Shown piece after piece: positions 31,301 through 40,544 of a DNA stretch of 64,000 nt (position 1 is the first letter of the stretch; each line of letters opens with the position of its first letter). The stretch covers positions 41,572 to 105,571 of the forward strand of contig JAFSUW010000029.1 of the NCBI GenBank assembly GCA_017450465.1. Reading direction: 5' to 3'. Source of the stretch: Clostridia bacterium. Its GTDB lineage: Bacteria; Bacillota; Clostridia; TANB77; RGIG9151. The notes under the pieces are model-generated. The model saw only the letters and a list, made by a program, of their open reading frames with translations. It was not told the origin of the DNA and made no database searches. Both the position numbers and the translations under genes were made by a program.

Positions 31301-34300
31301 GTACTACTTGGAGCAGACACAGTGTCTACGATTTCAGTCATTCCTTTTGCATAAGCAAATGTTGAAGAAGGATATGCCTCATCATCCCAATAACATTTAA
31401 CTGTTTCAAGTCCTATGTTGTCAGTTACTTTTACTTCTATATCTGCTCTTGGTTTTATAGGATTTGTCTGACTTACAGTAATTTCTGGTGGTTCTTGTTC
31501 TAATTTGCTTTCATCTACTACTTCATAAGTTACTGTTAACGTTCGACTATTACCCGCCAAATCTGTTGCTACTATTTTTAATGTATGAGTTCCTTCAGTA
31601 CTTGGACCATCCAATGTATATGGTGCTAATCCCTTCAAGCCCTTTACATCAGGTATTGATTTAACCGTACCATTATTCCATTGATATGTAACCGTATCAA
31701 GACCTTGATCTTCATCTACATTCAAATGAATTTTTTCTTTTAGTTTTATTGGGCTTGTTGCTGGAATTACATTTATTTCTGGTGGTGTTATATCATCATT
31801 ATCTGGTTCTGCTGCACTTCCGCCATTACCTACTTCATATGTAATCGTACGTTCAGTTTTATTACCTTTTTTATCTGTAGCAGTTACGCTAACTTTATAT
31901 GTCCCTTCAAGCTTTAATACAAGTTGATTATCCGAAACTTCTTTTGAATATATTACACCACTTGTTCTGCCTTTATCCACTGTTCCTGTACCCATTGCAG
32001 GTTGTCTATTCCAATGCTCTTCTGATGCAACCGTTCCAAAGCCATAGCCTAACCCTTCTGGTGGTGTTACAGAAATCATTATTGAGCCCATTGCTGTCTC
32101 ATCTGTAGCTTTTACAGTTACTTTTGTGCCAACTGGAACTTTACCACCATCTGGAGACGCAGTAATTACTGGGCCTTTATTATCTAGCACATTAAATTTA
32201 CCAGTAAGTGTTGTCTGATTCATTGACATATCTACTACTGTTACAGTTAACTTATGCTCCCCATCTTCAAAAGGTGCCGCAATTAATGCTGTAGTTTTAG
32301 CTACATTAGAAAGGTTCTTTACAGTTTCTATATAGCCATCATCATCCCAGTTGTAAGTTACTTCTTTTATATTATTTGCATCACTTACATTTACTTCTAT
32401 ATTTGATAATGGGAATATTGTACTACCTGTTTTGGTTACTAATTTTGCAGTTGGCTTTGTGTTATCATTTTTATCTACAGCAACCAAATATTTATATGTT
32501 TTACTTGTATTCTTTCCATTAATATCTGTTACACTTATTACAAGGGTTCTTTCAGCTGAATAGTTAGAAGTCTCTGCAAAACCTGTTATTTTCTTAGGTG
32601 TGCCTTCTGCTTCTTGCTCTGCTGCAATGAAACTACCAGCTAACCATACTGCCTTATAACTCTTTATTCCAACATCTGAAGTTATTGTATAATTAATTTT
32701 TTCATTATAACCAACTTTTGAACCATCTTTTGGTTCAACCAAAATCACTGGTTCATTTGACTTAACTTTTTCATTAATTATATAAGTTTCTGTCTTTGTC
32801 CCAGTTGCTGCCTTTACAGTTACTTCTAAAGTATATTCAGCATCTTGTGAAGGTATATTTATTGTAGCTGTTTCTTTTTGAACACCTGGAAATCTACCAG
32901 GAATTTGTCCAGCCGCACCTGACATTCCACCAAATAAACTCCAACTTATACCACTTAAGTATTTACTATCAGTTACTGTCATTGTTAGTGTTTGACCTGG
33001 TTTTACTGTTTTTATATCTGGACTAAATGTTATTGTTATTCCAGCACCTGCCGCACTCACTTCACCACAAACACATACATTATCAATGAATTCGTGTTCT
33101 ACATGTGGTAATGTTGTTCTACCTTCTATATATGCATTAATAAGATTTGAATCAAGTCTTGATAAATTTCCATCAAGGTCTACATCTGCATTTGCAAATT
33201 TAACTATACTATAGTTATTAGAATCTATTGCACCTATTATTAAACTTGCATCATATGTTGTAATTTCACCATCACCATTTGAATCACCATATAAGATTTC
33301 TCCATCTGGCTGTGCAGCCCATGGTGTTTCGCCTTCTTCACTAATTAATTCTTGATATTTAGTTTCTGTTACAAAAATACCTTTTACTGTTACATTTTTA
33401 CCAGGTAATACAAGTGTTAATACACTATCTTTTTGATTCATTAAACCTAATTCTGGTACTTCCCAATGATAGAACACATATCCATTATTTGGTGTAGCAG
33501 TAAATATTAATGTATCGCCTTCCTGAAATTTCTTGTTCCCTTCTACAACTATACTACCTTTCCCTTCTCTTTGAAGAGTTAATTTATATGTAGGAACTTT
33601 TTCGAAAGTTGCCTTTACTTTAGCATTACTCATAGGCATTATAACTGTTGCTTCTGCTGAATTTGGATTATCAATTACCATTCCTTCTGTTGACCATCCA
33701 GTAAATTTGTATCCAGTTTTTGGTGTTGCTGTTATTTGAACAACACTATTTGGATAATATTTACCAGTACCTGTAACTGTTCCACTTCCAACTTTACCAA
33801 CTGTTAATTTATATAACACTTTTGTTGGATCTTTTATGAAGTTAGCTTTCATGCTTACTGCTGTGGCTGGCATTGAAAAAGATATTTCATCTAGTGTAGG
33901 AACTTCTATACCTTTTACATTTGTCCATCCGTTAAAAACATATCCGTCATTTGGGATTGCTTTTACAGTAACAAAATCTCCTTCTTGATACTTACCTGCT
34001 CCACTTACTGTTCCACCTGATGTTTTTGAAACTGAAACTTTGTAAGTAGCAATTTTAGTAAATTTTGCTTTCAGACTTACCTTCTCTCCTGGCATTCTGA
34101 ATGAAACTTGTGAACTAGTTGTATCTATGCTTACGCCAGATACATTAATCCATCCTGTAAAAATATATCCGTCCTTGGGAGTTGCTGTTACAACAACTTG
34201 AGCTCCTTCCTGGTATGTACCTGCACCTGTTACTGTTCCGCTTCCTGTTTTCCCTACGGAAACCTTAAAGCCAGTAGCCGCTGTTGCTGGTACCATAAGT

Positions 34301-34347
34301 TGCAAAATCATTGTCATTGCAACCACTAATGAAATTATTCTTTTCAT
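28399..34347 (-). CDS. giant secreted multidomain protein (1982 aa from MKRIISL): InlB-B-like repeats, dockerin modules, tandem Ig-like repeats, SLH-like domain, C-terminal double dockerin
   Basis: Signal peptide after the MKRIISLVVAM start, which has a GGAGG RBS. At least six ~95-aa tandem repeats with the pattern P.I....P....I.V.ATDN.GL..LTYQW.N......AGN. An SLH-like TRAEFAKYICKMYG segment. Dockerin repeats YGDVNSDGTVTAIDRVIL and LGDADGDGIVTVDD. A C-terminal LPHTHTFVDGACVCG motif. Confidence 0.8.
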   Translation of the reverse strand: MKRIISLVVAMTMILQLMVPATAATGFKVSVGKTGSGTVTGAGTYQEGAQVVVTATPKDGYIFTGWINVSGVSIDTTSSQVSFRMPGEKVSLKAKFTKIATYKVSVSKTSGGTVSGAGKYQEGDFVTVKAIPNDGYVFNGWTNVKGIEVPTLDEISFSMPATAVSMKANFIKDPTKVLYKLTVGKVGSGTVTGTGKYYPNSVVQITATPKTGYKFTGWSTEGMVIDNPNSAEATVIMPMSNAKVKATFEKVPTYKLTLQREGKGSIVVEGNKKFQEGDTLIFTATPNNGYVFYHWEVPELGLMNQKDSVLTLVLPGKNVTVKGIFVTETKYQELISEEGETPWAAQPDGEILYGDSNGDGEITTYDASLIIGAIDSNNYSIVKFANADVDLDGNLSRLDSNLINAYIEGRTTLPHVEHEFIDNVCVCGEVSAAGAGITITFSPDIKTVKPGQTLTMTVTDSKYLSGISWSLFGGMSGAAGQIPGRFPGVQKETATINIPSQDAEYTLEVTVKAATGTKTETYIINEKVKSNEPVILVEPKDGSKVGYNEKINYTITSDVGIKSYKAVWLAGSFIAAEQEAEGTPKKITGFAETSNYSAERTLVISVTDINGKNTSKTYKYLVAVDKNDNTKPTAKLVTKTGSTIFPLSNIEVNVSDANNIKEVTYNWDDDGYIETVKNLSNVAKTTALIAAPFEDGEHKLTVTVVDMSMNQTTLTGKFNVLDNKGPVITASPDGGKVPVGTKVTVKATDETAMGSIMISVTPPEGLGYGFGTVASEEHWNRQPAMGTGTVDKGRTSGVIYSKEVSDNQLVLKLEGTYKVSVTATDKKGNKTERTITYEVGNGGSAAEPDNDDITPPEINVIPATSPIKLKEKIHLNVDEDQGLDTVTYQWNNGTVKSIPDVKGLKGLAPYTLDGPSTEGTHTLKIVATDLAGNSRTLTVTYEVVDESKLEQEPPEITVSQTNPIKPRADIEVKVTDNIGLETVKCYWDDEAYPSSTFAYAKGMTEIVDTVSAPSSTGIHALKVVAEDLAGNSRTLVTEYIVDNGTTPPPTEKVAPVITTNMQHNSDVEMNTVIAFTVTDDSGLKELTYQVNNENPVKSTYTDSRKKAQVNVVLNKTGHLGVTITATDIYGNVAMKEFGYDVLSDDLNEYYEFSLKDLIDLGIVSTSESKKVTATITRAEFAKYICKMYGITEEEANVAKNYITMSDIKSNKNAGWIELAVENGIMSAYEDGTFKPTTKVTFNEAITYLIRITGRGQYVEKQGTWPGNYAQEAAKLQLTASLFDHGTDKLTWDNFVILMFRTLDIPTWDVVELITGETVFGESKTLREKFFSNTDSIAPDVEIISPRSNPIEPGTIFEVNVSDDKGLNTFTYQWGNGQTETIMAVNGKLTSLVKFPAPSVEGNYVLKLLATDLGGNDRSVTAEYNVLGKDKQDQVPPEIEIVSPTTNPIVPNTVITVKATDNIGISTLTYQWDNEKAVAIANVSNKETVTATFNAPTANGKHALKLIVKDIAGNAKTVTTEYEVLDADKIDGEAPEIVLVSPKKGPVEPSTNVTIKATDNKMLNTLTYQWDNGTAKSVPGVANKETITTTFAAPTTDGNHVLKVVATDVAGNSRIFTVDIEVLDTSKLDSESPEITVISPVLSNIKPGVAISIKATDNVGLASLTYQWNNEKTVSFSDVKGKTEVAKSFDSPTADGNYTLKIIAKDTSGNSRTLTVKYTINSDREVPEIVLNPEHGSIVEPGSKITMTVTDAGKLDEITYQWDEGTIVNVSSVTGKTKVVVTTNISKEPGVHKLAVTAKDVAGNKKILKNITYMIEEPIVYGDVNSDGTVTAIDRVILIRALEDWEGYIEQVNPVNADVNVDGMINHLDYVILSRHLAKWSDYETLPYLKFVKILGDADGDGIVTVDDANLVLYNVLSGFSMDYVAANSDVDSDGKVTKEDSIIIRAYAEGKITELPHTHTFVDGACVCGVTTDKVIYEVTAR

Positions 34348-34497
34348 TATACTGCCTCCTTTGTTTTTTCTACGTCTACTATATCGTAACAAATTATATT
34401 TTTTATGCAAATTAATAAAATGTTGAAAATACTATTAAAATGCTATTCTCGTTCAATATGTGAACTAAAAAGTTAAAATTTTTATTAAAAAATTTTT

Positions 34498-34533
34498 ATA
34501 AAAAAGCAGCAATTTCTAATGAAATTGCTGCTT
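34498..34533 (-). terminator. terminator downstream of tRNA-Arg
   Basis: aaagcagcaatttctaatgaaattgctgcttt followed on the minus strand by a T-run. Confidence 0.6.
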
Positions 34534-34610
34534 TGGCGTGCCTGAGACGATTCGAACGTCCGGCCAACGGCTTAGAAGGCCGTTGCTCTATCCTGCTGAG
34601 CTACAGGCAC
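34534..34610 (-). tRNA. tRNA-Arg (anticodon TCT), CCA encoded
   Basis: Reverse complement reads GTGCCTGTAGCTCAGCAGGATAGAGCAACGGCCTTCTAAGCCGTTGGCCGGACGTTCGAATCGTCTCAGGCACGCCA. Cloverleaf with the TPsiC motif GTTCGAATC. Anticodon loop is CTTCTAA. Confidence 0.9.
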
Positions 34611-34627
34611 ATAACTCTTGCCTAAAT

Positions 34628-34656
34628 ATAATACAACAGATTTAAGCAAAAATCAA
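34628..34656 (-). promoter_or_regulatory. candidate sigma-A promoter for tRNA-Arg
   Basis: On the minus strand, TTGATT-17 nt-TATTAT, about 17 nt upstream of the mature tRNA 5' end. Confidence 0.4.
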
Positions 34657-34945
34657 GTACTTTTTAGTTTATTTGAGAAATTGTTGCTTAGTTGAGTAAT
34701 TTCGGCGAAAGAAGGGACGGGGGTAAATGACACAAACAGGTTCAGTTAGCCCCGTCCCACCTCCCGCATTTCCGCCTTTGGCGGATAATGCGAGTGGCGA
34801 ACACACCTCGGAAATCACTCGCCATAAGTTCGAATAGCAAAATCAAAGATTTTGATTCTCACTTATGTTCGCCGCTACAAGTTTGCGAATAACTCTAACT
34901 TTAAATTCTCTCATGTAAACAATAATTTATCTTTCCTCCTATTAT

Positions 34946-35239
34946 TTAGCCACCTATCCCTTTATATAAATTATATACATTCTTATAACCAAGTTCTACA
35001 AGGCGTTCCCCTGCGGCTAAACTCCTTACACCCTTTGCACAATATACAACTATTTTGTTTTCCTTATTTGGTACAATTCTTAAAATTTCATCAACGTTTG
35101 ATATATTTAGGTTAATTGCACCTTTTAACCTATTTTCACGAAATTCTTCTTTGTCCCTAAAATCAAATACATATAAGTTTCCTTCCTTTATTAATTCTTT
35201 TAACTTTTTTATATCTATATTTGTTAACATTTTATACAC
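34946..35239 (-). CDS. rhodanese-domain protein (single-domain sulfurtransferase)
   Basis: 97 aa. The CAKGVRS active-site Cys loop is typical of rhodanese. Confidence 0.8.
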   Translation of the reverse strand: MYKMLTNIDIKKLKELIKEGNLYVFDFRDKEEFRENRLKGAINLNISNVDEILRIVPNKENKIVVYCAKGVRSLAAGERLVELGYKNVYNLYKGIGG

Positions 35240-35301
35240 CTTTTTTCTTCATATATTATTATATGAAAAAAACAAGCTACCGATACACTCGGTAGCTTTA
35301 T

Positions 35302-35469
35302 TTACATCATATCTACTACATCATTCATCACTTTTGTAGCTTTTTTTATCGCATGTTTACTTGGCTTTAACACACTGTCTTTCATCCATTTGCTATTTGT
35401 CTTACTTATCATGCCAACTGTTGTGCCAACTATGCTTCCAATAACCATGCCACGCGTAAAATTATTCAT
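35302..35469 (-). CDS. small hypothetical protein (55 aa), not in the ORF track
   Basis: Manual translation gives MNNFTRGMVIGSIVGTTVGMISKTNSKWMKDSVLKPSKHAIKKATKVMNDVVDMM. RBS is GAGGTGAGG. Confidence 0.4.
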   Translation of the reverse strand: MNNFTRGMVIGSIVGTTVGMISKTNSKWMKDSVLKPSKHAIKKATKVMNDVVDMM

Positions 35470-35525
35470 TTGCCTCACCTCATGTATTTATTTTTTCAAA
35501 ACACACAAAATAAATACATAGAAAA

Positions 35526-37412
35526 TTAATCTGTAAGACTTCCAAATAATTCATCAAATTTCGCTTCAAGTTGCTTTTGAATATCTAAGTCTTCTAAATC
35601 ATCCTTTTCAAGACCGTTTTCAACATTTACCGAACCAACTGTTCCTTTGCCTATTTCATAAGGATTAATTATCCTAAATTCTTTTCTATGATTTAAGCTT
35701 GGGTCATTATGGCTCATTTTATACATTTGACGCTCTTTGTCTTTTGGATGCATACTTACATCGTATTTTTTAGCTTTTATAGGACGCATACCTTTAACCA
35801 TTACGATACTCGTATCAAGTGGCAAACGTTTTAACTCATCAATTGTCATAAGTACTCTTCCCATTGACTGATCAGATATGCTCTGTGACATTTGTCCTGA
35901 ACTGGTTCCAAATATACCGCCTAACTGGCCACTTACTGAATTTTGTTTCTTGGTTATTGTTGCCTCTCCTAAGCTTTTTGATATATACTCACAAGTTTTT
36001 ACTGCTTGGCTACCCAAAAATAGATGCGTATCGCAGTTTGCCATGATGTTTTCGTAAATATCTTTATACATATCCATTAATTGGTCAATACTCTGTAAAA
36101 CTATGCTAATGTTTATATTTCTACTTCTACTTGTACTTAATTTTTGGTTAAAATCAGGAATTTGTCCTGTATTTGCGAACTCATCTAGGAGGAAGAATAC
36201 TGGTATATCAAGCCGTCCTCCATTTTGGTCTGCCATGAAATATAATCTTTGAAGCACCTGCCCAAAAAACATGGTAGGCAAGAAGTTAAATGCACTATGG
36301 CTATCTGGGGTTATAACGAATGTTGCCATTTTCTTTTGCCCCATAGCATCTATATCTATTGAACTACTACCTGTTATAGCAGATATTTCCGGTGTATCAA
36401 AAACGTTTAGCCTTGTAGCAAGTCCTACTAAAACTCCGGCCCTTGTCTTATCTACAGCTAATCTAAACGTTTCATAACTCTTTCTTGCCATACATTCGAA
36501 AGGAAGACGCATAAAGATGTCATCCATCCAGTCAAAATCCTGTCCTGCTCTTACCATAGCAAGGCAGCTTGCAAGCGATTGTTCTTCCTTTGGTGCTTCT
36601 TGTAATAAATAATATATACATGAGTTAAGTAAAGCACGCTCTGCTTGTGGCCAGAATGGGTCTTCGTTTGTTGAACCCTTACTTGTATTTTTTATTAATG
36701 CATCACTTACGATATCTACATCGAGAGTTCCACCAATATGATGTAGAGGGTTATATGAATCACTACAGCTTGGATTTACTAAGTTTATGCAACGAACTTC
36801 ATAGCCATTTTCTTTTAAGAAACCTGCTGCAGTATCAAAGTTTTCACCTTTTGGGTCGGTTACGATATATGAGCCAAGCATTTGAAGCATATTAGGCATA
36901 ATGTAACCTCTTGATTTCCTAGAACCAGCACCACCTATGATTAATACATTTTTATTTATAAATTTATTATCTACTGTTAAATAATTTTTTTGTGCAAGTA
37001 TTATACCTGTATTTGGATTTAATATTTCGTATTGGTCACCATTTGCCCATCCGCTTGAACCATGTTCAATATTTTCATACTCGCCGGTAAAGAACCTAAG
37101 TTTTATTTCATAAGCACCAAAAATAATTAAACAAAAAATTGTAATTGGTGTTACACTACTTAAAAAACCGTGTTGAGCATCTGAGTTATTAATATATTTA
37201 GTAAACGTAAGAGGATTTAAGTTTTTAAAAAAATTAGGCGCAAAAAGAACAGCATCTACAGACGAAATGCTGCTATCTTTTTCTTTTTTATACTGTTCCC
37301 ATTGTGCTTTGGTGGCACCATAAGCACCACCTAAGAACGTTAGGAGTAATAAAAAAACTATTCCATAAAATATATATCTTTGTTTTCTTTTTTTAAGAAT
37401 ATTTAATCCCAT
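35526..37412 (-). CDS. TraG/VirD4-family type IV secretion coupling protein homolog with a degenerate Walker A
   Basis: N-terminal transmembrane segments. GGAGSRKSRGYIMPNML lines up with the VirD4 Walker A/PNLL region but lacks the canonical GxxxxGK[ST]. The FFLLDEFANTGQIP Walker B region is typical of TraG/VirD4. Confidence 0.7.
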   Translation of the reverse strand: MGLNILKKRKQRYIFYGIVFLLLLTFLGGAYGATKAQWEQYKKEKDSSISSVDAVLFAPNFFKNLNPLTFTKYINNSDAQHGFLSSVTPITIFCLIIFGAYEIKLRFFTGEYENIEHGSSGWANGDQYEILNPNTGIILAQKNYLTVDNKFINKNVLIIGGAGSRKSRGYIMPNMLQMLGSYIVTDPKGENFDTAAGFLKENGYEVRCINLVNPSCSDSYNPLHHIGGTLDVDIVSDALIKNTSKGSTNEDPFWPQAERALLNSCIYYLLQEAPKEEQSLASCLAMVRAGQDFDWMDDIFMRLPFECMARKSYETFRLAVDKTRAGVLVGLATRLNVFDTPEISAITGSSSIDIDAMGQKKMATFVITPDSHSAFNFLPTMFFGQVLQRLYFMADQNGGRLDIPVFFLLDEFANTGQIPDFNQKLSTSRSRNINISIVLQSIDQLMDMYKDIYENIMANCDTHLFLGSQAVKTCEYISKSLGEATITKKQNSVSGQLGGIFGTSSGQMSQSISDQSMGRVLMTIDELKRLPLDTSIVMVKGMRPIKAKKYDVSMHPKDKERQMYKMSHNDPSLNHRKEFRIINPYEIGKGTVGSVNVENGLEKDDLEDLDIQKQLEAKFDELFGSLTD

Positions 37413-37446
37413 TAAATATCTCTCTCCTCTTTAGTAACCTAAAAAA

Positions 37447-37947
37447 CTATCTTCCCCTAGCAGCTATTTGTGCTCTTGTCAACTCGTTATTATCTGGATT
37501 GCCACGCTTTACATCTCTACTATCTTCGATTGAAGTAGACTCTATTCCTCTTTCTTCTCTTCCTTGTGCATTTTCAATCATATCTAGTGCTTCTTCCATT
37601 GAAGTTGCTTTTGCTTCTATTTCCAAAGCTACCTCAGCTGACACTGGCGATTTTGATACAAATGCCCAACCAGGACCTATAATCTTTGAACCTCCTTGAG
37701 TATCAACTGTTATAACTGCAACATCTCCAATTGGCATCGGATGTTTTTCTGCAAATTCTTTAGATCTACTTCTAAAATCTTCTAATAGTTCTTTATATGC
37801 CTTAATATCTTGAATTTCTGGTAACCTATCTATTAATTCTTGTGTTAAAGTAGGCATATCACAAACATACATTACCCCTTGATCTTTATCCTTTACTTTT
37901 CCTTCTTCAATTGCAAATGCTCTTGCCCCAATAACAACCTCGTTCAT
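37447..37947 (-). CDS. hypothetical protein (166 aa)
   Basis: ORF closely spaced with its neighbours. No recognisable motifs. Confidence 0.5.
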   Translation of the reverse strand: MNEVVIGARAFAIEEGKVKDKDQGVMYVCDMPTLTQELIDRLPEIQDIKAYKELLEDFRSRSKEFAEKHPMPIGDVAVITVDTQGGSKIIGPGWAFVSKSPVSAEVALEIEAKATSMEEALDMIENAQGREERGIESTSIEDSRDVKRGNPDNNELTRAQIAARGR

Positions 37948-37958
37948 TGTTTAACCTC

Positions 37959-38564
37959 CTAAATTTTCATATTTGCTATATCTTCCATCGACGGACTCAT
38001 CTTTTGACTTCCACTAAATGGTGGATTACTAAATTTTATTGCTAATTCCATTGCTACATAATTTTTATAAGGCACTAATTTATATTTGCCATTAAATCTT
38101 TGTGTTACCTCATCTTTTGAAATTCTAGGAATTACTTGTTCTCCAGTTTCGGCATCAATTATAACTATTTGCCTCTTTGGATTATATTTGAATGTAAATT
38201 CTTTTTCTTCAGTTTCAATTTCTCCCATATTTGTATATTGGAGATGCACAGTTTCACTATCTGCAATAAACTGATTGTCATGTAACTTTCCGTGTCCTAT
38301 AACACATCTGTTTTTAGCTAGTGATAAAACGATGATGTTTAATACATCTTCGTCTGTAGGAACACTAAATGTTTTTAGGACTTTCCCATTTTCCTCAAAC
38401 TGTGTACACTCTAATTTATCTAACATGTATAGAGGTAGTGTATCCCATTTTTCTGGTGAAGTCTCATTTACTAAGAAAGCTACTACATTTACTCCTGCTG
38501 GTTGTGGTACTGTGAATTCTTGTCCTTCTAAAAAACTCATACCGTACTCCTCCTTGGTATACAT
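37959..38564 (-). CDS. hypothetical protein (201 aa)
   Basis: ORF with an RBS. No recognisable motifs. Confidence 0.5.
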   Translation of the reverse strand: MYTKEEYGMSFLEGQEFTVPQPAGVNVVAFLVNETSPEKWDTLPLYMLDKLECTQFEENGKVLKTFSVPTDEDVLNIIVLSLAKNRCVIGHGKLHDNQFIADSETVHLQYTNMGEIETEEKEFTFKYNPKRQIVIIDAETGEQVIPRISKDEVTQRFNGKYKLVPYKNYVAMELAIKFSNPPFSGSQKMSPSMEDIANMKI

Positions 38565-38650
38565 AATTACAATTTTATTTTAACAGAAATTTCGATAAAA
38601 TGCAAGATATATAAACAAATTTCCAAAAAATATATTCGGCAAAAATTAAA

Positions 38651-40435
38651 TTAAACTTTAGTCTTATTTAATTTTCTCATTGTAGAATTTTTATCTTTTA
38701 ATAGTTTATCAATCTTTTCCTTTTCAATATTTCGCTTTATTTTAAGGGTTGTAGTCTTTACTAATTCTTCATTTGTTACTACAAAATATCTTAAAATTTT
38801 ATACTTTGGTAATGTATTATTTATTTCTTTTATTTTTTCATCAATAATTTTTATTGCCTCTTTTTCATCTACTTTTTCTTTCAAGACAATTTTTGCACAT
38901 ATATCTGTATTTCCATCAGGCGACTTTTGACCAAAAACAAATGAATCCTTTACTGTTTCTATTCGATTTAGCAACACCTCATATTCTTCTGGGAATGCCT
39001 TTTTACCGTTTTCAAAAACTATCATAGACTTTGCACGCCCAGTAATTTTAACAGCTCCTTCATCACTTATAATCGCAAGATCACCAGTCTTAAACCAACC
39101 ATCGTCAGTAAAAGCTTCTTTCGTTGCTTCATCGTTTTCATAATAACCAAGCATTACTAAATCGCCTTTTACCAATAGTTCGCCCATACCGTTATTGTCT
39201 ATGTTATCTAAGGCAACTTTAACACGTTCCATTGGGAAACCGACTGTATCGTATAAATTTTTAAATGGGTTATTTACACAAACAAGCGGTGCAGTTTCTG
39301 TTAGACCAAAGCCCTGTATAAATGTTATTCCTATATCTTCAAAAAATTTTGCGATATTTACATCTATTGGTGCAGCACCAGATATCATAAGGCGCAAATT
39401 TTTACCCACTTTATTTCTAATCACAGAAAATAGCGGTTTTCTTAAATCAATGTGTATTTTGCGTAAAGAATTTGAAAAATTAATTAAATTGTTAATTGTT
39501 TTTTCTTTACCAGATTTTTTTATACCATCTTGAATTTTGCTATACATTACTTCATATATTGCAGGAACCGCAATTAACGCAGTAACATCAAATTCTTGTA
39601 TATTATCTGCTACATGTTTTAAGCCCTCACAATAAGATATTGGTACACCCATATATATCATAAACATAAGGCCAATTGTATTCTCTAAAGTATGATGTAA
39701 TGGAAGTAAAGATAAATATATATCATTATCATAAACTTTTATTAAATTGGCTATAGTTCTAACATTACTTGTAATGTTTTTATGGCAAAGCATTACGCCT
39801 TTAGACAAGCTTGTTGTTCCAGATGTAAATAAAAGCATCGACATTTTATCTCTATCAATTGGTAGTGTCAAAAATTCGTTTTTGCCGCTTGTTAAACTTT
39901 TTTTACCTGCTTCTAATAAATTTTTTACACTAAAAAATTTACCTTTATTTTCTATATCATCCATACAAATATAGTATTTTACCGTTCCGTCATTCTTTTC
40001 TATCTCTTCCATAATTTCAAGATATGATTTACTAAAGAATATTGCCTTTGCGCCACTACGTTTTATCAAGTTTTCTATCTCTAGTTTTGGCAAATGCTTA
40101 TCAAGAGGTACACCAATACCAAGACCATTGATAACTGCTAAATAGCATACTCCCCATTCATATCTATTTTCACCAATTACGGCAACTTTTTCATCTTTTA
40201 ACCCTAAATCATATAAACTTTGCCCTAATGCTTCTACATCTGCCTTTAATTCTATATATGATTTTGTCTTTATTTCACCATTTTCTTTATATTTAAAAGC
40301 GGCTTTATTACCAAATTTAATAGCCGAATTATTCATCATTTCTCTTAAATCTTTGGGCTCTTCAAAATTGTATAATCCAATTCCCTCAAAAACTTTACGC
40401 CCATTTTCTTCGTATGCTTTGGTAAAATTTTTCAT
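38651..40435 (-). CDS. AMP-dependent synthetase/ligase (long-chain fatty-acid--CoA ligase-like)
   Basis: AMP-binding motif LLFTSGTTSLSKGVML and GFGLTET. 594 aa. Confidence 0.85.
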   Translation of the reverse strand: MKNFTKAYEENGRKVFEGIGLYNFEEPKDLREMMNNSAIKFGNKAAFKYKENGEIKTKSYIELKADVEALGQSLYDLGLKDEKVAVIGENRYEWGVCYLAVINGLGIGVPLDKHLPKLEIENLIKRSGAKAIFFSKSYLEIMEEIEKNDGTVKYYICMDDIENKGKFFSVKNLLEAGKKSLTSGKNEFLTLPIDRDKMSMLLFTSGTTSLSKGVMLCHKNITSNVRTIANLIKVYDNDIYLSLLPLHHTLENTIGLMFMIYMGVPISYCEGLKHVADNIQEFDVTALIAVPAIYEVMYSKIQDGIKKSGKEKTINNLINFSNSLRKIHIDLRKPLFSVIRNKVGKNLRLMISGAAPIDVNIAKFFEDIGITFIQGFGLTETAPLVCVNNPFKNLYDTVGFPMERVKVALDNIDNNGMGELLVKGDLVMLGYYENDEATKEAFTDDGWFKTGDLAIISDEGAVKITGRAKSMIVFENGKKAFPEEYEVLLNRIETVKDSFVFGQKSPDGNTDICAKIVLKEKVDEKEAIKIIDEKIKEINNTLPKYKILRYFVVTNEELVKTTTLKIKRNIEKEKIDKLLKDKNSTMRKLNKTKV

Positions 40436-40544
40436 AATTCTCCCCCATTCTTAAAATTTATAATATCATAAATTTTTATATTTATCAAAAAATGTATAAA
40501 TTTTATTTTAGTGGCAAAACTTAAACTATGTTGGAGGGAATCAC

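Noticed and set aside
34534-38600. Calling the tRNA-Arg-adjacent region an intact integrative conjugative element or prophage
   Set aside because: No integrase or recombinase, relaxase, VirB4 or phage structural genes are visible, and no obvious direct repeat of the tRNA 3' end was found by eye. Only a T4CP-like gene and unknown ORFs are present, so this is reported as a possible remnant only.
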